From contig NC_090597.1 in assembly GCF_000497125.1 (NCBI RefSeq), forward strand, positions 1,857,752 through 1,877,751: a stretch of DNA of 20,000 nt, read 5' to 3'. The stretch comes from Spironucleus salmonicida (lineage: Eukaryota). The translations under genes and the position numbers were made by a program. Positions 1 through 9,310 of this stretch are shown here, one piece after another (the first letter of the stretch is position 1; the number at the start of each line of letters is the position of its first letter). The notes under the pieces are model-generated. The model was given only the letters and a program-made list of their open reading frames with translations. It made no database searches and was not told the DNA's origin.

Positions 1-1
1 A

Positions 2-3000
2 ACAAATAAATACCAGCAAAACTTCAAGTAGATTTGCCTGCACCACTAGGTGAGTCCATAATATGAAGCAAGAACGGAAAAAGTAGAAGCATACTAAGCA
101 CAGAAAGAGGTGAAGGTTTTAAGTGAAGTAAAAGCCAAAGTAGAATAGCTGAATAATGATGTAGCCCAAGCAAATGATAAAGTAGAATAGCTGAAGAACG
201 AAGTAGACGAAGCTGAAGCAGAACTAACTACAGCTAAATTAAAAGTAAAGGAATTAAAGGTTGAAGTCAACCAAGCGGAAGCAGAACTAACTACAGCTAA
301 ATTAAAAGTAAAGGAATTAAAGGTTGAAGTCAACCAAGCGGAAGCAGAATTAACTACAGCTAAATTAAAAGTAAAGGAATTAAAGGTTGAAGTCAACCAA
401 GCGGAAGGAGAACTAGATACAGCCAAAACCAAAGTTAATTAAGCAGAAACAGAACTAACTACAGCCAAAACCAAAGTTAATTAAGCAGAAACAGAACTAA
501 CTACAGCCAAAACCAAAGTTAATTAAGCAGAAACAGAACTAACTACAGCCAAAGCAAAAGTCAACCAAGCGGAAGCAGAATTAACTACAGCTAAATTAAA
601 AGTAAAGGAATTAAAGGTTGAAGTCAACCAAGCGGAAGCAGAACTAACTACAGCCAAAGCCAAAGCAAGCTAACCAAATATAGATGCTAAAAATATAGTT
701 ATTTAGTACGAAAAACGGTAAGAATACGCAATGTTAAATGCAGTGTAAGAGATTGAAAAAGCAGAAAAAGCATTACTATATGCATAATATGCATCAGTTT
801 CTCCAAGAAAATAGTTTAATATTGAATAGGCAGAGATATAGTTATAATAAGCAAAAGATTGGTAATAAATACTAACAGAAAATACTAATAAAGATAATGA
901 TATTGAAAAAGCGGCCATAAAAGCGTAAGCTGAGTTTGAAATGTTATAAGCAAAGTATGATAATATTATTCATTCATAATAAATAAAGCATATGGCAGAA
1001 AAAGTAATAAATGTAAATTATTAAACTGAATTATTAACGTAGAATTAAACAGAAGCTATGAACATGACTGCGACTGCGAAATAACGGGTTGAAGACGCTT
1101 AAACAGATTTAACATCCAAATAAATTATATCAAAAGAACGCGAAGATTCTGTAAATGCCGCCAGGAATAAACTGAACAGATTAATAGAAATATTGAAGAA
1201 AAAAAAGGAACGGTAATCTACGACACAGGAAGAAACTACATTATTAATATAACAGGCTAGTAAAGAATTTGAATAGGTATAAGAAAACGCTAAGTAGCCA
1301 ACAGCAGACACATTAGTTGCTACATAAAAACATTAAAGTGCAGTGGCAGATTAGAGTTTTGTTGATAAAATGCTAACATGTATAAAAGGTGAGTTACTAT
1401 TAGGAGAGAAATCATAAAAGGATGTACAAATCTAAATAGGGAAACAATCACCTTAAGACTAAGTTGAAATTTAATAATATATGAATATATGGAACTAGGC
1501 GATAGGATTTTAAACACCAACTAACGAATCTGAAACAAATTACGAAGACGTAGGACTATCGGTACTAGACTAGTAACTTGTGTTTGATATGCTCGAATTA
1601 TGTTAGCTATTTGATTAATTATCTTAAATTTAGTTGGCAAAAGAATCGAGTTGCTAATAGTAAATTCTAACCGCATCAAAATATGCGGCACTATCCGTAA
1701 TACGACTAACAGAATAATATAACTAAGGCAATAACAGAAAAGTATTATAATAGCATGGCGGTGCAACTCCGAATTAGGTAAAAGTAATGTCAAAAGAGGA
1801 GAATAAGTAGTTACAAAACGTAATATCAGAATGGTGCACTAGCGTTCTAAAGAAAGGATAATAAGCATAAATCGAGATTAGTGATTTTATCACTTAGTGG
1901 AAAAATCTGTTCGGAGTGCCATAAATCATAGTTCATTTTGCGTTTAAAGTGTTATTAAGAAAGATAAAATAATTACTATAGTAATTAAAAGATTAACTAC
2001 AATTGCAGTAAAATATTTAAGATAAGAACGCGAAATCATATTACGGAACAAAAAATACAATTGTAGCTAATTAATTATAATAACCAGAAGAAAAATAATA
2101 GTACTAGAAAAACAAATAGTTATTCAATGATAAATTTTTCTGTCTTGACATTTTCTACTTTGTGAACTGTAAACGCAACAGTACTTCTTCTATGTTTTGC
2201 ATAGATTATCTAAGAAATATAGAAAATTAGACTGTTAAGAAGATTATCTAATAAAAAGATTTAAACCATTAGAAGAAAAAGACAGAAGAGCCTGCTAAAT
2301 AATAAACGGAGGCTTAACCGTAAGTAGATCTTGAAATAAATCAATCCTATATATATTTCAAATTTAACTTACCTATAGAAGCAATTAAAGTTATATTCGT
2401 AGGAAAAACTATATAAGAAAAAAATAATTATTTTTATTTTAAAAAATAAAATGATTAAACTATAGAAAGCGTGTTACTTTAGGCAACGATTCCAATTAAA
2501 TGTGGAAAATAGGTTACTAAAGTAGTTACTAAGTAATAGGGTAAAATATTTATAAGTATCATTTAATTTAAATATGAGTCATATTTTCGTTAATTTGGTA
2601 ATTTCTACTCACTAGATAACTCCATAATTAAAGGTATTAATGGTATTGATACCATGTGGATTTCAAATAATTACTACTCAGGGACTATCAACGCTAGAAA
2701 GTTTACAAATGATTTTTTGTTCTAAATTCTAGAGAAAATAAATTAATGTTTACTTGATTCAGCTATAACCTATAAGATACTGGCCAATGAAATTACTATA
2801 AAATAAGTTATTGATAACAAAGATATTATTGGATTTTTGCTTAAAAATCATCTTTTCCCAGTCTCTATCGATGGAACTACTTTAATCGTTGATTGTCTAA
2901 CTGAGGACTGTCAAACATTCTTGCCAATTTTATCAAAGTACGAAATTCTATGTAAGATTGCAATCCTAAAGTATAGAAACGCGCTTTCAGAGCGCTAAAT

Positions 3001-3259
3001 CGGATTCCTGCAAAAGAAGGAAAACGAGGTGTTTGATGCAGCATGCAAGTTGATAGAATATAAAGATGGAATTTTGACATTTAAAGTAAAACATTTACGC
3101 GAAAGTTCTATTGTAGAAGGGTAGAAAGGATATTTTGAGGAGTATTGTTTTGAAGTTTTTTAAACATCCAAAGAGAACTTAATGGATACGTTAACACAGC
3201 TGAATGCGGTGATAGTGGCCATCGAGGAAGGCTACCTCCACGTGATAATTCTTAAGTGA
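2..3259 (+). CDS. Large hypothetical protein (>=1085 aa, 5' end outside window) with an N-terminal coiled-coil tandem-repeat region and an unrecognised C-terminal region; TAA/TAG=Gln
   Basis: Frame +2 has no TGA from position 2 until 3257-3259 but has many in-frame TAA/TAG. It translates as ...KAKVEQLNNDVAQANDKVEQLKNEVDEAEAELTTAKLKVKELKVEVNQA... and ends ...LNAVIVAIEEGYLHVIILK*. The stop lies within AGTGA. The minus-strand ORFs in the track (94-432, 703-918, 1099-1311) are its antisense shadows. Confidence 0.9.
215..667 (+). repeat. Coding tandem repeat of 63-bp (EAELTTAKLKVKELKVEVNQA) and 42-bp (ETELTTAKTKVNQA) units
   Basis: 63-bp units start at 215, 278, 341 and 572. 42-bp units start at 404, 446, 488 and 530. 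A partial unit starts at 635. The units are 21 and 14 aa, i.e. 3 and 2 heptads. Confidence 0.95.
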
Positions 3260-3265
3260 AAGTGA
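3255..3265 (+). promoter_or_regulatory. Putative AGTGA polyadenylation signal overlapping the TGA stop (two tandem copies)
   Basis: The sequence AGTGA-A-AGTGA sits at the stop of the 2-3259 gene. AGTGA overlapping the stop codon is the poly(A) signal described for Spironucleus salmonicida; Giardia uses AGTRAA. Confidence 0.6.
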
Positions 3266-3429
3266 GGGTCTATTTGTTATATTGCTTGAGGTCACTGCAT
3301 GGGAAACTGGTGGGCTAAATAACTGCTTATTTATATTATCTGTTTCGTATATATTATATTGTAGAATTTTGAACGGCTTCCTTAAGCTGGAAATAAGGAA
3401 TTCCTAAATAAGTAAATTTTTAAGAATAG

Positions 3430-5412
3430 GTCGAACCTCTGTAAAACATCTCAGTGTTCAGATAATTTTTAAGCATTCTGGCTACATGATATTTTATAGG
3501 AATTACTTTGCTTCAGCGCTTCAATTGCTAAATATTGGATGCTACATTTGATGTGTATTGTGATCGTTGTTTAGAATGATGAATGTCCTGGATCGAGTGT
3601 GCTAAACATTCTTCTGCACTGGTCTTTTTGCGTCTTAAGATGGCGCATATTTCCATTATGGCGTCAAAAAAGTTTGTTCATTTCCGTTTCAAGCGCATTT
3701 ACCATCTTAACTCAAACTGCCGATCAAGTGATAAAAGACAGCCTGGGCCGGCAAGCCGGTCTGCAGTACAATGTAGATACCCAAAATAGGTAAATGTGCG
3801 GTTTATGTTATTTTGAAAAATGGAATTACTGTGCTGAAAGTCTAGCTTCATGTACTACTCCGGGAGTATTAACAGAGTGGTATGGCATTTTGAGCTGGAC
3901 CAGTAGCGCATCTGCAAATTTAAAAAATTTAGGATAGTGGTGCTGAATTTAAGCTTAACATATATTGGTGCCTGCAATTTCAATTAGAAGGAGTAGTGAT
4001 TTAATACGATAGTGTATTTTGCTGATTAAAGTGGTTGCAAATGCACCATACTGACATAGAGCTGATTTATGGTATATTAATGATGACACATTATATCTGC
4101 ACTTTTCGCCATTAGCAGAGATCTTCGTTCCTGGGACTACTAAGACATCGAGTCCTTTTATATTTCTTGGTTGAGGCTGGCCATAACTTCTAGGTTTGGG
4201 TTAACAGTCAGTGTTATTATTATGTAACATGACTTTGACAGATCAAAATAGCTGGATATCCTTCGTAATACTTAAAACACAGTCATGTAAACTATTTGCC
4301 AATAGGTAGCTGTAGGTTAATAGAGCAGACAAATTATTTCTAGCAACAGTAACTTGTTTCCGTATGCTAGTATTGCGATAGCGTAAGGAGTTAATATAAT
4401 GACTAAGTATGCTACGTATTATTAGAAGATTATAATTCCTATAATTCTCGCCTCCTGGAATGTACCTCGATTCTGGAGGTAAAACCGATATACAAGACAC
4501 ACCATGTGACGTTCCTGACCATATTCATACTTAGTGAATCTGAAACTATTATTTGGCGATCGGTCGATCAGTAATGATGTTATCAAAGGATGTAGGAAGT
4601 TTCACCCCGCCTAATTGCAGTTATGTTACTTACAACTTAAGTAAGAAATAATGCTACAGGCATACTATGATGATACTCAGGTAAGTCAAATTACCATAAT
4701 AGTGGAAGAGAATCTGGTTAGGAGGCCCCGTGACGCAGAAGCATATTACAGCAATAAACTGGACAGCGCGAAATCCATAATTATTGTAGAAACGAATTCC
4801 AGCATACCATGCATAGTACACAACTTATGGGTTGAGCAGCGGGTAGCTGATGACTGTTGTGAGATGGCCTTTCTTCCTCCGAAGATACACGTGGCCTTTT
4901 AATAAAATTACAGACTACATCCGCTGACAGTGGTTAGGAATGCTGAATACCAACGCAGATAATGTAGTAGTGCAGTAGATGAAGATACACATGGCAAATG
5001 TAGATAGGCAGCAGGTAGTGTATATTGTAGTACTTCTGAGGAGTTATATGTTATTTAAAACTTTTAAACGACTTGCATTCATATACTTTTCAAGTTTTTG
5101 AACACAAACCGCCACGTAGGAGTTGTAGCATGTTTACTATACCAATTTATATTGTATGTTAGCGTAGAATAAGATCTAGCTCTTCAGTGTTGCGACTGCA
5201 CAGCCTGCAAGCTTGCAAATTATCAGGATAGAGGATTGTGTAAAGAGGCGCATACACAGACTCTCGACTGGCATCTCAAAGCGAGGAAATATATAATTTC
5301 GCTGTCGTATGGTGGTAGCGCGTGTCTATTGGTTGTCAGCTTTCCTCGAGCAGTATCTAGCGGTACAAGATACTGTGCCAAGAAATATTAGATCTATAAA
5401 GAAGCATATTGA
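3430..5412 (+). pseudogene. Decayed cysteine-rich (CXXC) surface/membrane protein relic, CRMP/VSP-like
   Basis: Cys-spaced peptides are scattered across frames: YCDRCLE* (~3556), CGLCYFEKWNYCAESLASC (~3797), PPGMYLDSGG (~4451), QCSSAVDEDTHGKCRQAAGSVYCSTSEE (~4960) and QCCDCTACKLANYQDRGLCKEA (~5185). A possible broken LSTG + hydrophobic C-terminal segment follows (~5260-5390). TGA-free stretches: 3299-3946 (frame +2) and 4651-5412 (frame +1). Boundaries are approximate. Confidence 0.45.
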
Positions 5413-6709
5413 TCATAAATATCTATGAATATTAGCTACTACGAAAGAGGAAATAAATAAAATTTTGTCATGCAAGGAGCAGCTGGAAGTATGGACTCCA
5501 AGGGCCATGCCAATAAAGTTGGTTAGAGCGGAACTGACTGATAATACATTGTCGAGTACAAAGCTAATTGGGCGAATAATAAGAAATCATATCAACTATA
5601 CAAGTACAATCACCTAGAATACCAAGCAACACGCAGTTTATCTTTGTATACAAGTACCAGTAAGTAGGCTGGACAGATAGAACTGTCAGCAGTAGCGAAG
5701 GAAGAAAAATATATAATCTCACATTTGGATCAGTTTTGTAGTTAGAGGTGTATTGATCAGGCTTGGCAAGGCTATCAGTACACTTAGAACCAGGTTTGCT
5801 TTTTCATAATCTTACGATAATTGCGAAATTCAAATTCAAATCGCGAATAACAAGAATAATACTTACATATGTCATATTATCTCGATAATAGTATGCAGGT
5901 TTTGAAATTTTTATAATTAAATTTAGGTACTCTAATATAATTATATTCAGATAAATATATAGCATCCTATTACATGAAATAGCTATACTTGGAGAAATTG
6001 CTATTGAAGGAACATACTTATTTGCTATATAATAGTTATTGATAGAAATATTTAAAAAGATTATACCGAAACATCGTCACTAGTCTTTTTTAGCCTATTA
6101 AGTCATCGCATACATGAGGTAATAAACTATGCAAACTATAAAAATTATTGCTTATTTAACCTACGGGTAGATTATTACTGACGCAACAACGACTTCTACT
6201 ACTCATAATAGTTATATCCACGAAATACGTTATCTGAAACGCTATATATCAATAATTTAACCTAAATTTTTCAAAAGCTTATCAATAACTGCTCAACTAT
6301 TTATGCACCCATTTGTGCGTTTAATAATGTAAAATAATAACCATTGGTGCTTTCAAAAATATTGAGCACAATTTCATTTTCCAAGCAATATTCTTGAAAC
6401 AGTTTGAGTTCTAGATACAAATTATAATGGATCAAAAACTTGTAATACATAGCAGTGATGTATTTTTTGGACAGTTTCATACTTAATAATATCACGATTT
6501 TGAGTATATATCATTTAAATATTTGTAGATAGAGATGGATAGAGTGGTATTATTTGCATATCATTTTATAGGCTTTATCGTAAAATACTGTATTTAACGC
6601 AACTGGATTGGGTTTCTTCTAATATGAAATTTATGTTAGGATAAATTAATTGATTTTGCTATATATGAACATTACTAACAATTTGTATGGTGTGGGAATG
6701 TTCGAGCAT

Positions 6710-6920
6710 AGTAACATATTTATATAACAAAAGAGCACTAGTCTAGAAACAGTACGAATGCCTTTTCAAGAATGTTAAGGCTTATTAGAATGTAAATACT
6801 AATGTAATTAGTACAGATGCATATTGGTGACGACTACTAATGTATTTATAATAGTTATTGGTAAAGATGAGTTTTGACAAGATTGCAGACTAAGCACAGT
6901 ATATGGTGCAACATTATGAG
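6710..6920 (+). pseudogene. Possible short cysteine-rich protein relic
   Basis: QECQGLLECKYQCNQYRCIL reads from about 6767 and is interrupted by a downstream TGA. Evidence is compositional only. Confidence 0.25.
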
Positions 6921-7071
6921 TCATACATTATTTATAATGAAATTTTCTTAAGAGTAATTAGATAGTCTGGAATATCCTAAATTCAGCAGCGTATTAATTT
7001 TCTGCTGGTTTACCGCATATTACTGTAAGCGGATTGAATATTTAAGCATGAACGAAAAACATAGCACTGAG

Positions 7072-8550
7072 TCACTTTTCTAAGACACTGCGCAAGCTAC
7101 AACCTTTGAGCCGAAAATACCCTTAAGTACGGCATCGCACATCATAATTGGGGCCTTTACCACGCTAACCTTAGTTTCTTAGTTGCTTCTATGCGTTCAT
7201 TTTTAGGGATAGGCTTGGAAAGCTATACAGTAAGTCTAACAGCTTCGCCATTCTCAACTGCAGTAGATGTACAAAATGTTCTAAACGGTTCCACAATTTC
7301 TGGTTTAGCGTAGTTTATGCCGCCTTTGCATTAATTGATTGTGATCTCTTCAATCTCATTGGCATCCCGATTTTTACAAATATGGTATACCCATTGGGAC
7401 ATAGAACACAAGTGATCTATCTTTGAGATTTATCAATCGCCACTTCTTCAAACTTTTCAATGGCGACAGGTACATTACTAACTATTACTTTATACGAACG
7501 TGCAGCATCTCTGCTGGGACTGCGTGAGCAACCTCCGTCTCTCCCGCAACTTGCATCTCCCAATAACCTTGCTAACACGCATGCTTATTGACTATGAATC
7601 GAGCTCTTACCAAGGAATTGCGGCGCAGAGAACAATATGTTTTCATCAGCTAGTACAACCGGTGTACCGGGGGCTGCAGATGTTTCCAAAAGAAGAGGGC
7701 CCTCTTCGGCAGCATCTTCCACCAAATTATGAACCTAAAGCAATTTCAGGCTGAAAGAAGCGCCCGCTAACAAGCTTGAACGAACCAGCCTCTATAGGCC
7801 TGGCTTTTGGATTAACTTTTCCACCCAAAGACACGGCAACTTTATCCTGAGGAATAAGGCCAACCGAGAGTGACAAACAGCCGCATTCGAGCCTTGTAGT
7901 TTTCGTGAGATCTGGCTGCAAAGTTACAGGATCCATCGGAGCAAGGTACACCGCGGCAACCCGAGTTTCCCCAACTAGATTTAAAGCCGTGGTTACCAGA
8001 TGGAGCGGAATTCCGAAATCTGTTCAGCACTATTCGATATTTCGCTAAAGGCCAGAGCAGCGCGGTAAGAGCCCGTAGACGCCCAAAGCGCGCGCCCTCC
8101 AAAGTGCACCTGTGGACCATAGTCAGACCGATAGCGCCAGAACCCAGGATTCCACGTTCTTCCCAGGCGGCTACCCGTCCATGTTGATCATTTGCTGCGC
8201 CGAGTACCGGAATGCTCGCTCCCCCTCACGGCAGCCGCTCCCGAAATCAACACCTTTGCCGAGAAGTGCCGCACACAGAGGCCCCTCGTGACGGTCGAAA
8301 TTGTGTACCCGCTGCCAGTTTCTGTGCACTGAAACACGAACGAGTGCATAAGAATGCTCGAATTCGACTGAAGGCAGTCCGCCTCGAGCAGCTCCGCGTA
8401 CTCTGGCCCGTGAGCTCCTGCTTGCACTTGCAGAACCCGAAGCCGCCGTGAATGCACTGCGCCAGAATTCACTACCAACGTGTGCTATTTTCTAGCACCA
8501 GACCCGCTTTTCCGAGTATCGTGGCCGTACGCTGCAGTAGCACCAGTCGA
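7072..8550 (-). pseudogene. Frameshifted fragment of fused FAD-dependent glycerol-3-phosphate dehydrogenase: NAD(P)/FAD oxidoreductase domain + C-terminal DUF1667 CxxC domain; GlpA-like N-terminal part absent
   Basis: Family motifs occur in the correct order on the minus strand across several frames: QCIHGGFG (8436-8459), then ELTG/GPEYAE; GCRE..AQQMINMDGQPPGK; ILGSGAIGLTMVHRCTLEGA (ILGSGAIGL at 8124-8150); CGCLSLSVGLIP (LSVGLIP at 7850-7870); SA*NC/LQVHNLVEDAAEEG (TGA at 7746-7748 replaces the Gly of GN). DUF1667 follows: ITCVLCPNG (7390-7410), QCKGGINYAKPEIVEPFRTFCTSTAVENG..LSKPIPK and VVKAPIMMCDAVLKGIFGSKVVA. The probable ancestral stop is within AGTGA at 7072-7076. Confidence 0.88.
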
Positions 8551-8649
8551 GATATTTCAGCACCGTTCGTTCCAGAGCGCGGAAGGCCCAGGTGAACATC
8601 AGCTTCCAATTGGTATCTTGCGTCTCCTTGCTTTCATCGAGTGGCACGT

Positions 8650-8968
8650 CATCTGTGCAGGCGTGTAACGCACGTTTCTGACGCGGGCTGCTCGCTCTGC
8701 GCGAGGTGCCGGAGGATTTCGCCCCAGCTCCCGTCCACCTCCTTCTGGATCTCGAGCCCCAGCTGCTGCTTCTTGGCCCTGCATACCGAGTTTTTGGGCG
8801 AAACGCGGTGCGCGAAGTCCAGCACGAGCTGGTGCGAGGGCGCGATCAGCGAAGTTAGGAGTCTGTGAGCGTGATCTCAATATCTGTTGGCAACAACTGT
8901 GGGGGCAGCGCGAATGCTACGAAAATCGTAGTACTGGATTCCGAGATCTCGTATGACAGGGAAAGCAT
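8650..8968 (-). pseudogene. Frameshifted, truncated N-terminal CS (p23-like) domain fragment, resembling the DNAAF4/DYX1C1 N-terminus
   Basis: From the ATG at 8968: MLSLSYEISESSTTIFVAFALPPQLLPTDIEITLTDSQL, a frameshift near 8852, then SLIAPSHQLVLDFAHRVSPKNSVCRAKKQQLGLEIQKEVDGSWGEIL. This fits the CS pattern (aromatic start, alternating beta-strands, terminal KxxxxxWxxL). The codons are GC3-rich. Confidence 0.6.
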
Positions 8969-9069
8969 TTTTCAAATGTGGCAGGGATAATATATAAGAA
9001 TTAATGTATAATATTGTGTAAATGTTTATTCGTAAAACGTGTTTTGCTATATTTTGTATATATCTTGAA

Positions 9070-9310
9070 AAATGAACTGTGCTCAGAAAGTCTCCGAAAA
9101 GGTAAATCCTTCATTAACGAATATCGTAAAATATGCAGGCGGTGGGAATGCACCGTCGCATGTCTGTGGAGCCTTGTATGCAGTTTAGCTGGCAAATCCC
9201 AGTGTATAACCGTTATTGGAGGAATAATTCTCAAAAAAAATTGGAGGTGTTGAGTGCAGTGAGCTTTATGGGAAAATATCATGCGATGAATTAGTTGAGT
9301 ATGCAGTCAG
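9070..9310 (+). pseudogene. Possible cysteine-rich protein relic
   Basis: Cys-dense peptide KICRRWECTVACLWSLVCSLAGKSQCITVIGG, then ECSELYGKISCDELVE in another frame. Evidence is compositional only. Confidence 0.25.

Noticed and set aside
215-667. Repeat array as a CRISPR array
   Set aside because: The units are contiguous, have no unique spacers, are multiples of 21 bp and encode a coiled coil. No cas genes are present and the context is eukaryotic.
94-3080. Minus-strand ORFs from the standard-code track (94-432, 703-918, 1099-1311, 1320-1520, 1521-1793, 2877-3080)
   Set aside because: They are antisense shadows of the long + strand gene.
3299-3946. 215-aa TGA-free ORF as a real gene
   Set aside because: It has no coherent domain and no AGTGA end. 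With one stop codon such lengths occur by chance, and it is better explained as part of the Cys-rich relic.
5869-6630. AT-rich coding-like stretch
   Set aside because: All + frames are interrupted by TGA and I recognised no motif, so it cannot be assigned.
7692-7707. 16-bp palindrome GAAGAGGGCCCTCTTC
   Set aside because: It is short, lies inside the pseudogene overlapping the EEG codons and has no supporting context.
7500-8960. GC-rich island as a bacterial contaminant or recent HGT operon
   Set aside because: It is heavily frameshifted, includes a eukaryote-like CS fragment, has the fused oxidoreductase-DUF1667 arrangement and has TAG/TAA at plausible Gln positions (LQVHNL at 7735-7737; NQCKGG). 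Host-derived pseudogene fragments fit better.
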